64,000 nt of DNA from Polyangiaceae bacterium (lineage in GTDB: Bacteria > Myxococcota_A > Polyangia > Polyangiales > Polyangiaceae). The first letter of the stretch is position 1. Each line of letters starts with the position of its first letter. The notes beneath the pieces are model-generated. The model saw nothing but the letters and a program-made list of their open reading frames with translations, was not told the DNA's origin and did no database searches. The DNA is taken from NCBI GenBank assembly GCA_044376115.1, contig JBILLK010000003.1, forward strand, positions 160,001-224,000, read 5' to 3'. The position numbers and the translations under genes are program-made. Shown one piece after another: positions 1 to 9,418 of this stretch.

Positions 1-1340
1 CTTTGCAGGTAGCGGTAGGTCGCAGCAAACTGCCGATCGATTTGCAGGTGCGGGTTCTCAGTGACATGTTGTCTGGCCTCCACTACGCGCATACCCTGTG
101 CGATTACGACGGAACCCCGCTTTGTGTGGTTCACCGAGATGTAAGTCCGCATAACGTGTTTATTACGTACGACGGGCAAGTGAGAGTCCTAGACTTCGGG
201 ATCGCGAAGGTGATAGGAGCGTCTGCGCGTACGCGCACCGGGGTTTACAAGGGTAAGCCTGCCTATATGGCTCCGGAGCAGGTACAGACTCAGCCAGTCG
301 ATGCTCGAGCCGACGTATTCTCTGCCGGGGTGATGCTTTGGGAAGCCCTCGCTGGAAGGCGTTTCGCCGTTGGCAATGAGTTAGCGGTCCTATCGTCTCG
401 GGTGCTGGGCACCGAGAACTCGATTCGAGCGGTCGCGCCAAATGCTCCACCGGCGTTGCTCGAGGTATGTGAGAAAGCAATGGCACTGTCCCCAGCCTCT
501 CGGTTCGAGAGTGCGGGTGCTATGCGCGATGCGCTGGAGAGCTGGCTTGATGCTCGTGAGAGCCGAGTCGGTGCCAAGGAGCTGGGGTCCTACCTCGGCG
601 AGGTATTTGGGGCTGAGCGAGCGTCCATGCGAGCTCGCATTGATGAGCAGCTGCGGCTTGTGCGAAGTAGCGAAGAGGTGTCCGTCATTGAACTCACACG
701 AGTAACAAGCTCGTCTGGTGCCGGTACGCCTGCCTCGAGTCGCCAAAGCGACCTCGCCGGGGCCGACGAGGTTGGTACGGTGGCCAAAGCAACCGTTAGT
801 ACCAATCACACGCGACTTCCGCGGCGCTCGCTAATCCCAATCGTCCTTGGGGCTGCCGCTACTCTCCTCGTCGTTGGTATCGTTGTCTTACGACCCCAAT
901 CATCGGGCACGGCCGTTACGAGTGCAACTTCGTCTGCCGTTGTGTCTAACGACATTGACGTAGACATTCGTGTTCATCCAGCGGCTGCCCAGCTTCTGAT
1001 CGATAACGTACAGCTGCAGGGGAATCCCTTTCACGGGAGGCTGCCGAAGGACGGTAAGGTTCACGAACTGGAGTGCCGGCTCGAGGGCTACGTAACATTG
1101 AAGCGTAAAATCGTATACGATAGGGATTTTCGCATTGAGCTAGAGCTGCAGCCAGCGCTCGTCCCTGCGGCAAGTTTGCAACAGCCGTCGAGTTCGAGCT
1201 CCCCTCCAACTTCGACTCCAACTTCTACATCCGCTACTGCGAAGTCTCAGGCGGATAAGCCTCACGCTCCGAGCGGCGCACCCAAGCCGACTTCGACCTT
1301 GGAACACCCTCTGGACGAAAGTAATCCATACGCCAAATGA
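1..1340 (+). CDS. Membrane-anchored Ser/Thr protein kinase with C-terminal PEGA-like domain (5'-truncated by window edge)
   Basis: HRDVSPHN catalytic loop, DFG, GKPAYMAPE, DVFSAG; one TM helix (LIPIVLGAAATLLVVGIVVL); PEGA-like region; low-complexity tail ending NPY. Confidence 0.92.
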   Translation, partial: LQVAVGRSKLPIDLQVRVLSDMLSGLHYAHTLCDYDGTPLCVVHRDVSPHNVFITYDGQVRVLDFGIAKVIGASARTRTGVYKGKPAYMAPEQVQTQPVDARADVFSAGVMLWEALAGRRFAVGNELAVLSSRVLGTENSIRAVAPNAPPALLEVCEKAMALSPASRFESAGAMRDALESWLDARESRVGAKELGSYLGEVFGAERASMRARIDEQLRLVRSSEEVSVIELTRVTSSSGAGTPASSRQSDLAGADEVGTVAKATVSTNHTRLPRRSLIPIVLGAAATLLVVGIVVLRPQSSGTAVTSATSSAVVSNDIDVDIRVHPAAAQLLIDNVQLQGNPFHGRLPKDGKVHELECRLEGYVTLKRKIVYDRDFRIELELQPALVPAASLQQPSSSSSPPTSTPTSTSATAKSQADKPHAPSGAPKPTSTLEHPLDESNPYAK

Positions 1341-2347
1341 GCCAGTCCAATACGCTAGTCGGGTTTCGGGCCATTGCTGCGATGTTGTTGGTCTTGGGTG
1401 TTGGCAACCCCGAGTACGCCCTCGCGGCCGAACCCCCTGCCGAGATAAAAGAAGAGGCGAGCGCGCGGTTTCAGAAGGGCCTGGAGTTCTCCAAGGATGG
1501 GCAACATCGCGCTGCCTTGCTCGAGTTCAAGAGGGCCTATGAACTTGTCCCGAGTTGGCAGGTTCTCTACAACCTCGGCCAGGCCAGCCGCGAACTGAAG
1601 GACCACGCCAGCGCGCTCGGGTGGTACGAACGCTACCTCGTGGAAGGGGGGAGTGGCATACCACCCAAGCGGAAGAAAGAAGTTGAGCGAGCGGTTGCGG
1701 AGCTGCGCCCTAAAGTGGCAAGCCTGCGCGTATCAACGAGCACCGCGGGCGCGGAGGTGTTGGTGGATGACTTGCCAATGGGTGTTACGCCGCTCGCTCA
1801 GCCCCTTCGCGTGAACGCTGGGCGACTGAAGCTGACCGTTACGTTGAAAGGCTACCTCCCGGTACAGCGTATCGTGGAGGTGGCGGGAGCCGAGGAGCAG
1901 GAACTCTCGCTAGAGCTGGTTCCTTTGAATCCAACTCCTGCGGCGTCGGAGTCGCCAACCCTGGCGCCAGCCGTTGCAACGCTAGAGCAGCGGCCACCTT
2001 CACCGCCGCCCGCAGAGAGAGACTCGTTGGGGCCGTGGCCATGGCTAATGGTTGGCACGACCGGCGCGCTCGGTGTCACCACGGCCATTCTGGGCGCTAG
2101 AGCGTTAGGCCTCCAAAGCGACTATGAACAAGAGCTTCAATTGCGTACGACCCGTACTGAGCTCGACGATCTCCGAAGCAGCGCAAAGAGTTTTGCCCTC
2201 GCCACCGATGTCGTTGCCGGGGTAACTGCTGCGGCTGCCATCACAAGCATCGTTCTAGTCGTTATTGATGTAAGTGGTGGAGCTAGTTCAAGCGAGGTTA
2301 AGGTGCAGGCTGGTCCTACCTATATGTCGCTGAGCGCTATGTTCTGA
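1337..2347 (+). CDS. Exported TPR + PEGA domain protein
   Basis: Signal peptide; TPR helices (ARFQKGLE..AALLEFKRAYEL..VLYNLG); PEGA (GAEVLVDD..GVTPL); C-terminal hydrophobic segments and terminal Phe; ATGA-type overlap with the kinase stop. Confidence 0.85.
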   Translation: MSQSNTLVGFRAIAAMLLVLGVGNPEYALAAEPPAEIKEEASARFQKGLEFSKDGQHRAALLEFKRAYELVPSWQVLYNLGQASRELKDHASALGWYERYLVEGGSGIPPKRKKEVERAVAELRPKVASLRVSTSTAGAEVLVDDLPMGVTPLAQPLRVNAGRLKLTVTLKGYLPVQRIVEVAGAEEQELSLELVPLNPTPAASESPTLAPAVATLEQRPPSPPPAERDSLGPWPWLMVGTTGALGVTTAILGARALGLQSDYEQELQLRTTRTELDDLRSSAKSFALATDVVAGVTAAAAITSIVLVVIDVSGGASSSEVKVQAGPTYMSLSAMF

Positions 2348-2476
2348 CATCCACTGGTGGATACCGAGTTTGGTGCCTCAGCCAGGGCACGGACACGAGC
2401 GACGGTCTGCATGCGAAAGTGGTCCGGCAGGGGGCCAGTGATTGCATCCTAGTCGCTGCTCTGCCATTCCTCGGTC

Positions 2477-2968
2477 ATGTCGCGGGTTTTGATCCTGTTT
2501 TCGAGCATGCTTTGCGCCGGCTGTACGACGTTGATGTCGAGTCCTGACTACGCTGGCGGCGCTTTGGCAGAGGAGGCTCCTCAACGTATGGCTCGAGAGG
2601 AACGCACCCTTCGCTCGCAAAACGAGTCTGCGGTCAATGAACCACGCTCGATTGGTGCCAAGCACGTGCTTGTGATGCACAGCGGCTCCGAACGAAAGCC
2701 GCCGGAGATCACGCGATCGCGAGCGGAGGCGCGAACCCGTGCGGAGGAAGCGCTCGCGAAGGCGAAAGCCGGGCAAAAGTTCGACGATCTGGTCGTCGAG
2801 TATAGTGACGAGCCGGGAGCAGAGGATCGCGCCGGGGACCTTGGGGTATTCACCAAGAAGGAGATGGTGAAGGCCTTCTCTGATGCGGCGTTCAAGCTGA
2901 AAGTCGGCGAGACGAGCGAGATTGTGGAAACGCCCTTTGGATTTCATATCATTCAACGGACGGAGTGA
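2477..2968 (+). CDS. Parvulin-type peptidyl-prolyl cis-trans isomerase (lipoprotein)
   Basis: HVLV, FDDLVVEYSD, GDLGVF, M..AFSDAAFKLKVGE.S.IVETPFGFHII; lipobox CAGC. Confidence 0.93.
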   Translation: MSRVLILFSSMLCAGCTTLMSSPDYAGGALAEEAPQRMAREERTLRSQNESAVNEPRSIGAKHVLVMHSGSERKPPEITRSRAEARTRAEEALAKAKAGQKFDDLVVEYSDEPGAEDRAGDLGVFTKKEMVKAFSDAAFKLKVGETSEIVETPFGFHIIQRTE

Positions 2969-3870
2969 TCATGCAGGTTCGTTCGCTTTTGACGGTGGGA
3001 CTCGTGACGCTGGGGATGGCCTGCGGTGACTCCGCAAGTAGCGGTGGCGGGCAAGGGGGCGCGGGTGGCGACGGGGGCACAGGCGGCGCAGGTGGCGCAG
3101 GCGGCGCAAATGCCACTCCCCAGGCAGTTCAGGACGCGATCGATCTTTGTTACGTCTCGCTGCACGGGGACGTCTCTCAGCGTCAGGCGGGGCTTGATGC
3201 GCTTCATGAGGCAACCGCGGCCTACCCCGAGGAGGGGCGCGGATTTCTCTTTTTGGGAATGTGCTCGCTGGCTGCGCTGGCAGAGGACAACAACATCAGC
3301 GTACTCAAAGACATTGAGCCAGCGCTCGAGCGCGCGATCGAGCTGCTCCCAGAGGATCGACGGATTCCTGGCTGGCTAGCGACTGTCCGGGTGCAAACCG
3401 CGCTCGTACTCAATGACGAGGCAGGCCTGGCCGCCGCGATCGATGAGATGATCGCTGCCTCGGACCTCTACCCCGAGTTCAACAACGTCTCGCTAGCGAT
3501 CGCATTTTCTCAGTTTCCACTCGATACACCGTATCCCCAAATGGCAGTCGACCGGCTCGAGGCCATCAAGGACTGCGGAGAGTCCGACGAGAAGTGTCGC
3601 GATAATGAAGCCGCACCCCACAACGTTCCGGGGTCAGTCATGCTTTTCGGTGACGTTTACGCTCGAGTTGGCGATGGTGCCACCGCGCGCGCGTACTACG
3701 AGCAGGCTTTGACTCAGCCTTCCTCCGCTACGTGGACCTACGCACAAGACGCGCAAGCCCTCATCGACGGTCTGGATGCCCGGGTGGCAGCGTGGACTGA
3801 TGCGGATTCCGCCAACGATCCGGCGTTTTTTCTCTCAGGTGAGCGCACCTGCCGAAGTTGTCACCAGTGA
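2965..3870 (+). CDS. Lipoprotein with TPR-like helices and C-terminal CxxCH (putative mono-heme c protein)
   Basis: Lipobox LGMAC, Gly-rich linker, helical repeats, ends CRSCHQ*. Confidence 0.75.
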   Translation: MIMQVRSLLTVGLVTLGMACGDSASSGGGQGGAGGDGGTGGAGGAGGANATPQAVQDAIDLCYVSLHGDVSQRQAGLDALHEATAAYPEEGRGFLFLGMCSLAALAEDNNISVLKDIEPALERAIELLPEDRRIPGWLATVRVQTALVLNDEAGLAAAIDEMIAASDLYPEFNNVSLAIAFSQFPLDTPYPQMAVDRLEAIKDCGESDEKCRDNEAAPHNVPGSVMLFGDVYARVGDGATARAYYEQALTQPSSATWTYAQDAQALIDGLDARVAAWTDADSANDPAFFLSGERTCRSCHQ

Positions 3871-3901
3871 GCTTTCAACGCTGAGTGGAGAAAGCTCACT
3901 G
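3865..3901. terminator. Perfect 12-bp hairpin between convergent genes (possible bidirectional terminator)
   Basis: CAGTGAGCTTTC-N13-GAAAGCTCACTG; no clear U-tract. Confidence 0.5.
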
Positions 3902-3909
3902 CCGACGTC

Positions 3910-5049
3910 CTAACTATGAGTGGGGGCTTTGGGGTGGTTGAGCAACTCTTTGCGTTGCTCAGCCAGGTGCCACGGTAGTTGCTCGTACACGTCGTCAAAA
4001 ATGGTCTCGCGAGCGGGGGCTTCGTACTTCTCAACCACGGTGATGGCCTCGCCGATTTCGACGTTGAGCTCCTTTTCGAGCTCTTCCTCTCGGCTGTCAT
4101 TCCACAGTCCACGCTTTGTTAGGTGGAGTTGAAGGCGCTTCTTAGGGTCTTTGGCAATCCACTCATCGACCTCCTCTTGTGACCGATAACGAGTGGGGTC
4201 ATCACTCGAGGAGTGCGCCCCAATGCGATACGTCACACATTCGATGAAGCTAGGTCCTTCGCCGGCACGCGCAGCGTCCACACAGCGCTTGATGGTGTCG
4301 TAGACGGCTAACACGTCATTCCCGTCAACGCGGTACGACGGAACACCGTAGGCGCGCCCTTTGACGGCGAAGGTTGAACTAGCCGTCTGTTTGGACGCGG
4401 GGACGCTGATCGCCCAGTGGTTGTTCTGGCAGATCGTCACGCAAGGAACGCGGTAGACGGCTGCGAAGTTGAGTGCGTTGTGAAAATCGGGCTGGCTCGT
4501 CGCCCCGTCGCCCAAGAATCCTAAAACGACCGTCTTGTCGCCCTTGAGCTTGGAGGCCCAAGCTGCCCCCACTGCTTGAGGGAGCTGGGGCCCAATGCAG
4601 CTCGACCAGGAGACCTGATTGACCGCCCTTCCAGCCATGTGCGAAGGCTGCATGCGGCCTTTGAGCACGTCATGGGAGTTGCCGAAGATCTGCGCGATGT
4701 AGCGAGTCAGAGGAAAGCCGCGCACGAGCATGATCGAACTCTCGCGCAGCGCCTGAAAAACCCAGTCGTCCTTGGCGATAGCGAGGGCTGCCGCGATAGG
4801 CGTGGCTTCCTGTCCGGTGCAGGTTCCGTAGAAGCCAATACGACCTTGTCGTTGCAGCAACATCATCCGCGCATCGAGCACACGTAGGCGCTTGATCTCG
4901 CGGTATGCACGCAAGAGCACTTCCTCAGACGCCAGCGATGTGTACCCGTCCACAATCGACCCATCGTCGTTGAGAACGCGAAAGAGCCCTTCATCGGAAA
5001 GGCCGGCGATCGGTGCTGTCTCAAGCGTCATGTCTGCGGTCAATCCCAT
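3910..5049 (-). CDS. pdhA: 2-oxoacid (pyruvate/branched-chain) dehydrogenase E1 alpha subunit
   Basis: LQRQGRIGFY, GQEA, TPP motif GDGATS...QNN, YRIGAHSSSDDPTRYRS. Confidence 0.9.
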   Translation of the reverse strand: MGLTADMTLETAPIAGLSDEGLFRVLNDDGSIVDGYTSLASEEVLLRAYREIKRLRVLDARMMLLQRQGRIGFYGTCTGQEATPIAAALAIAKDDWVFQALRESSIMLVRGFPLTRYIAQIFGNSHDVLKGRMQPSHMAGRAVNQVSWSSCIGPQLPQAVGAAWASKLKGDKTVVLGFLGDGATSQPDFHNALNFAAVYRVPCVTICQNNHWAISVPASKQTASSTFAVKGRAYGVPSYRVDGNDVLAVYDTIKRCVDAARAGEGPSFIECVTYRIGAHSSSDDPTRYRSQEEVDEWIAKDPKKRLQLHLTKRGLWNDSREEELEKELNVEIGEAITVVEKYEAPARETIFDDVYEQLPWHLAEQRKELLNHPKAPTHS

Positions 5050-5085
5050 GGCTAGAAGTGTGAAGCAACCTTGCTCGCAGCCGGC

Positions 5086-6015
5086 TTATGGATGGCAGAA
5101 TCCAACGTTCGCAAAGCCGGTGTCGAGCGAGTTGGTGTCGCACAGTTGGCCGGCTGGGCAGCCGCCAAGGCCCGGCGGCATATTCGAATTTCCCTCACAC
5201 ATGTAGCGGCAAACGTCACCACCTCCGTCGTCAATGCAGATGCTGCTGTCGGCGCAGTCATTGAGGGCTACGCAAGGCTGACCTTCCGCTATCGCCGTAT
5301 CACCCGCTAGAGGAAAGCAACCGGTGACCCCTGGGTCATCCAGGTAGCAGTTTTCGTCGCTTGGGCAGGACTCAGGGTCAAACAGGTTGCACGCTTGAGG
5401 GAAGGTGCAGGCCTTGAAAACGACGTCCACCAACATGCCGTTTTCCATGACTTGAACGGGCATGCCGTTGGGGCCGTTCAAGGTGACGTTCAGGTTGCAA
5501 GACCCGCCGACGCACTGCGCTTCATTATCCGGGCAGCAGAACGGTGTGCAGTAGTCTCCGACGCACGTGAGATACGCCTCACAATCTTCGGGCTGTGAGC
5601 AGCTCTCACCGATTCCTTTGAGGCCGTTCTTGGTTATGCAGTTGGAGATAGGATTGTAGCCGGCCTCAGGGCCATCGACGATCTCGCACGTGTCCGTCTC
5701 CACGGGGCAGTCTTGTAAATAGAGGTCGCAATTACCTTTGGGTACGTTGTTGGTCGGCCTTGAGCAGGGCGCGGTGCCACCACCTTCGCCACCGCCCCCT
5801 GCGCTTGGCCCGCCGCCGGGTCCCGGGCCTGAGCCACCCTCGACGCCGCCCGTACCTCCGCCCATGCCACCCCCCGTGGTCGTCGAGCCACCGCCGCCCG
5901 GGCCAGGTCCGGAGCCGCCCGTATCGCTGCCACCTGTGGCCGTTGAACCAGAATCACCGCACGCGAGCAGGGCGATCAGGGGAAGGCAACTCACAGCAAG
6001 CTTCATTCGCAACAT
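5086..6015 (-). CDS. Cys-rich lipoprotein with long Gly-rich linker
   Basis: Start moved to MLRMKLAVSCLPLIALLAC (lipobox); G/S/T linker; many Cys in repeated disulfide modules. Confidence 0.8.
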   Translation of the reverse strand: MLRMKLAVSCLPLIALLACGDSGSTATGGSDTGGSGPGPGGGGSTTTGGGMGGGTGGVEGGSGPGPGGGPSAGGGGEGGGTAPCSRPTNNVPKGNCDLYLQDCPVETDTCEIVDGPEAGYNPISNCITKNGLKGIGESCSQPEDCEAYLTCVGDYCTPFCCPDNEAQCVGGSCNLNVTLNGPNGMPVQVMENGMLVDVVFKACTFPQACNLFDPESCPSDENCYLDDPGVTGCFPLAGDTAIAEGQPCVALNDCADSSICIDDGGGDVCRYMCEGNSNMPPGLGGCPAGQLCDTNSLDTGFANVGFCHP

Positions 6016-6059
6016 GGGCACCTCTCGAAATAACGTTAAGACCAAGCCCGATCCTAGCA

Positions 6060-6659
6060 TCAACCTTGCGGGCCCGGTGGACGCGGAGCGAAGACCTCCT
6101 CGTCTTCTGGCTCTCGGCCCCTCAGCGTCATAACGTGCAGGAAGATCAGGCCGAGGGCCAAGCCAACTTCGACCTTTCCGACGAGTTCCGCTCGACGATG
6201 GGTCTGGTCGAGCAGCGCGCCCTTTTCTCCCTCGTTGCGGACGGCTCCCGACTCGTGCAGCGCGCTGATTTGTGGCGTGAGGTTCAACGCCATGTAAGCT
6301 GCGCAGCCAGCCAGCCCAACCGAGACCAGCCGTCGAACTCGATCCCACGGCTGCGGTGGTTGATGCCGCGTGAGCACGGTGCGCCCTAGTTCGACCAAAA
6401 GCGCCACGCACGCAGCTGCCAAAGCGATCTGGCCGAAGCTCGCGAAGGCGGCGCCCATCGCAGTGCCGGAGAACGGCTTGGGCGTTAGCCTAAAGACGGC
6501 TGGCGCCGCCGTTGCGCCGAGCGCGACCATGCCTCCGAAAATAAGGGCTGAGCAGCTGATCCCAATCGAGGCGACAACACGTTCCAACGCCAAGCGGCGC
6601 CTGCTTCGTCGCTCAGACGAGTTCGGCGCAAGATCGTCTTCGGAGAAGGTCTCATTCAT
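6060..6659 (-). CDS. DUF4149/TMEM205-like membrane protein
   Basis: Four hydrophobic helices, AAPAVF motif, P.I..L and H..AE pattern near the C-terminus. Confidence 0.7.
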   Translation of the reverse strand: MNETFSEDDLAPNSSERRSRRRLALERVVASIGISCSALIFGGMVALGATAAPAVFRLTPKPFSGTAMGAAFASFGQIALAAACVALLVELGRTVLTRHQPPQPWDRVRRLVSVGLAGCAAYMALNLTPQISALHESGAVRNEGEKGALLDQTHRRAELVGKVEVGLALGLIFLHVMTLRGREPEDEEVFAPRPPGPQG

Positions 6660-7666
6660 GAACTCACCTCGAGTTTGCGAAGCGCCTCCGTTACGGCGTC
6701 CTGATCGGCTAGGTCGGGTCGCCCAAGCATGGCCTCGAGCAGAGGGCGCGCACTCGCAAGCTTCGCCCGTCCGGCCGCCGAGGCCCCCATCGTCCGGCGC
6801 GCGATCGAGGAGGCTTTGAGCTCTTTCAGAATTGCGTCTTGCTCCCGCTTATCACCGAGTCGCGCGAGCGCCACGCGTGCGTTCCACTGACAAGGGTCTC
6901 GAGACAAGCCGAGGAATCCGCCGCGAGCGCGCGCCCTTAGGGCCGCTTCGGCCGCCTTGAGTTGGCGTTCACCAATCAACTCCAAAATGCCGGCGAGATC
7001 CTCGTTATCGATGGGTCCAAGCTTCCCCTCGGCTGCTTCCAAGAGAATCGCATCGCCCCAGTCCTTGCCCGCCGAGGCAACGATGATCGCTGCCACCGCC
7101 CGGACGGGAGCAGCATCGTGACGCAAGCACGCCCTCGCCCGAGCCAAAATCCGCTCGTCCGTCGGCTCCTCGTTCCAAAGCTCCTCAGTCATTCGAAGCG
7201 CAATGTGAACGATCGCTGGGTCCTCGTCCCGTGTTCGCGAAAGCACCGCGGGCAGTGCCTTCTCCTTTGGCGCAACCCGCGCATAGGCCATCGTCGCTTG
7301 AAAGCGCACTTCTGGACGCTCGTCGGAAAGGCCCTCGCGCAGCGCTTCTTCCGCCCTAGCGTCCTTGAGCAGGCCCAGCCCCAGAATCGCGTACTGCCGA
7401 GCTAAGGCACTTTCGTCGTTGGCCATCGTTATCAGCCAGGGGAGACCCTCGGAAAGCCCGGCATCTCCGATCGCTTCTGCTGCGCGCGCTCGCACCTCAG
7501 CGGACGTATCGCAGACGGCTATTTCGAGGCCCCCGAGCACTGCGGCGCGGTCCCCTTCCACATAGGCCATGAGATCGCGAAGCGCAGCTGCTCGCACGGC
7601 CGGCTTGGGCTCCGCGAGATCGCGCAGCGCCGCAGCGAGCGTCCTCGGGAGGGGCGAGTAAAACAC
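6656..7666 (-). CDS. HEAT-repeat (PBS lyase-like) protein
   Basis: Repeated D..P.VR..AA..LG motifs; ATGA overlap with the downstream gene. Confidence 0.85.
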   Translation of the reverse strand: MFYSPLPRTLAAALRDLAEPKPAVRAAALRDLMAYVEGDRAAVLGGLEIAVCDTSAEVRARAAEAIGDAGLSEGLPWLITMANDESALARQYAILGLGLLKDARAEEALREGLSDERPEVRFQATMAYARVAPKEKALPAVLSRTRDEDPAIVHIALRMTEELWNEEPTDERILARARACLRHDAAPVRAVAAIIVASAGKDWGDAILLEAAEGKLGPIDNEDLAGILELIGERQLKAAEAALRARARGGFLGLSRDPCQWNARVALARLGDKREQDAILKELKASSIARRTMGASAAGRAKLASARPLLEAMLGRPDLADQDAVTEALRKLEVSS

Positions 7667-7695
7667 TATGGCCTCTGTGCGAACGGCTTCATGAC

Positions 7696-8175
7696 CTAGC
7701 TTCCTTCGCAGACTTCAGGCTCGATCACGGGAGCGTCGTTGGCGACGAAGCATACGCCCGAGTCGCGAAGCTCAGATTCGATGTCGATCGATTCCGCGGC
7801 TCGTGCGCTGGGTTTGCGGCACACGTAACCATCGCGGCAATCCCCGTCTTCTTCGCACGCGTACATGCAGAAGGTGCGTTGGAAGCGTTTCCAGCGAGGG
7901 TCGGTTGAGTTCACAACACAGGCTGGATCCAGCGATAGGCCGAACCCAACACAAACGGCTTCTTCCGCGCAGGTGTCGGGTTCACAGGAAAAGACGGTGC
8001 AGTAGCCGTCTGGCTGGCTTGTGTCGCATAAGCGGTCTCCCTGCGCTGAACAGTCGGTCGAGGTCACGCACGAGTCACCAATCTGGGGACGGCAACCCAC
8101 GGTTATGAGCCCAAGCGCGGCGACCAAGGCTGGCCAAATCCCTGACAACGAACGGCGAAGCAACACGGGGTGCAC
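7696..8175 (-). CDS. Small Cys-rich lipoprotein, unknown function
   Basis: Lipobox ITVGC; IGDSCVTSTDC...DRLCD...GYCT...CEPDTC...FCMYACEEDGDCRDGYVC; start uncertain. Confidence 0.75.
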   Translation of the reverse strand: MHPVLLRRSLSGIWPALVAALGLITVGCRPQIGDSCVTSTDCSAQGDRLCDTSQPDGYCTVFSCEPDTCAEEAVCVGFGLSLDPACVVNSTDPRWKRFQRTFCMYACEEDGDCRDGYVCRKPSARAAESIDIESELRDSGVCFVANDAPVIEPEVCEGS

Positions 8176-8274
8176 CCTAGTACATCCGTTGGTAAGATTC
8201 TGCGGCTCGCGATAAGAAGCTGGTCCAAAAGTTACGGTGCGGCACAAATCAAGCCTGGCGCTGGACCGCGACAA

Positions 8275-8303
8275 TTGACACGCTTCGCGAGGACCCCTAG
8301 ACA
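8275..8303 (+). promoter_or_regulatory. Putative sigma70-type promoter for the ferredoxin operon
   Basis: TTGACA-N17-TAGACA about 35 nt upstream of ATG 8338. Confidence 0.55.
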
Positions 8304-8337
8304 CGCGCCATCTTTTTCAAGCGTTAGGCGACACCCA

Positions 8338-8643
8338 ATGGCAACGTACATCACGGACGACTGCATCAACTGCGGAGCCTGCGAGCCCGAATGCCCCAAT
8401 GAAGCAATCAGTGAGGGCGACGAAATCTATGTGATTGACCCGGAGCTCTGCACCGAATGTGTGGGCTTCTATGATCACGAGGCGTGCCAGGCGGTATGCC
8501 CGGTCGAGTGCTGCTTGCCCGATCCGAAGCACCCTGAGCAGGAGCCGTTGCTGATCGAGCGTGCGCAACGTCTGCATCCGGACGATGCTGAACTGCTCAA
8601 GCGGGCGCAGGCGAACGAGTATCCCTCCCGCTTCCGCAAGTGA
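8338..8643 (+). CDS. YfhL-family 2x[4Fe-4S] ferredoxin
   Basis: MATYITDDCINCGACEPECPNEAI...IDPELCTECVGFYDHEACQAVCPVEC. Confidence 0.93.
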   Translation: MATYITDDCINCGACEPECPNEAISEGDEIYVIDPELCTECVGFYDHEACQAVCPVECCLPDPKHPEQEPLLIERAQRLHPDDAELLKRAQANEYPSRFRK

Positions 8644-8647
8644 GTCC

Positions 8648-9406
8648 GTGAGCCAACGACGACCGCACGCTGCCAGCCTGATCGTTGGGATGGTCGGTTC
8701 GCTCGTCTCGGGGTGCGCTGGTGGTATGCCGCTCATGCATCCAGCGCATGTTCTCCCGCCGGGCAATGTCACGGTGGGTGCCGGCGTGGCAGGCCAGGTC
8801 GGAGGCGTTTCGCTCACGACGTCGAGCGGTAGCAAGAACGCCCTCACCGCGGAGGAACTCAGCCTTGCTCCGGGTGTTGCGCCCTGGGCTAACGGCCGCA
8901 TCGGGATTGCGGGCGACAACGAAGCCTCGCTCACGTACAGCGGGCGTTCGCTACGTTTGGGCGTGCGGCATGCGTTTCCGCTCGGCAAGTTGCACCTTTC
9001 GGCGGAACTGGGCGGTAACGCAGTGCTCCCGCGCACCCGCAGCGACGACGAGGTGACGCAGGCCTTTGGCGGGGGCGCGGATATTCCTGTGCTGCTGGGC
9101 TGGACGAGCGACGCGGAGCTGTATTCGGTCTGGGGCGGCCCACGGGCTGGGTTCAACCTGCTGTCAGGACAGGTTTTGCCGTCGCTTGTCGACAACGCCG
9201 ACCCAGCTGGAGACCCAATTCCGTTTAACGGGACGACCTGGTCTGTCGGAGGCGTTGTTGGCGCTCGAGTCGGGTTCAGGACCTTTCATGCGGTGCTTGA
9301 GATGGGGGTCGCCTACGTTCGTGCAGACGGAACATTTGGCGAGGTAGAGGTGGGGTTCGACCAACTCGTGATCACCCCTGGCGGTGCTTTCAACGTGAGC
9401 TTCTGA
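8648..9406 (+). CDS. Putative outer-membrane beta-barrel lipoprotein
   Basis: Lipobox LVSGC, alternating beta-strand pattern, terminal Phe; GTG start inferred. Confidence 0.65.
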   Translation: MSQRRPHAASLIVGMVGSLVSGCAGGMPLMHPAHVLPPGNVTVGAGVAGQVGGVSLTTSSGSKNALTAEELSLAPGVAPWANGRIGIAGDNEASLTYSGRSLRLGVRHAFPLGKLHLSAELGGNAVLPRTRSDDEVTQAFGGGADIPVLLGWTSDAELYSVWGGPRAGFNLLSGQVLPSLVDNADPAGDPIPFNGTTWSVGGVVGARVGFRTFHAVLEMGVAYVRADGTFGEVEVGFDQLVITPGGAFNVSF

Positions 9407-9418
9407 TAAGCTTCCCAC

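Noticed and set aside
2349..2447. ATCCAC-TG-GTGGAT palindrome and GGGGCCAGTGATTGCA sigma54-like site upstream of the PPIase
   Set aside because: Short matches with a poor -24 box; likely by chance at this GC content
3040..3110. GGCGGC-type tandem repeats (also near 5780-5940, 46630-46760, 50330-50450, 55170-55325)
   Set aside because: They encode Gly-rich linkers after lipoboxes and are not independent DNA repeats
7696..8175. Possible gliding-motility lipoprotein CglC
   Set aside because: Only generic Cys-rich similarity; cannot support the assignment
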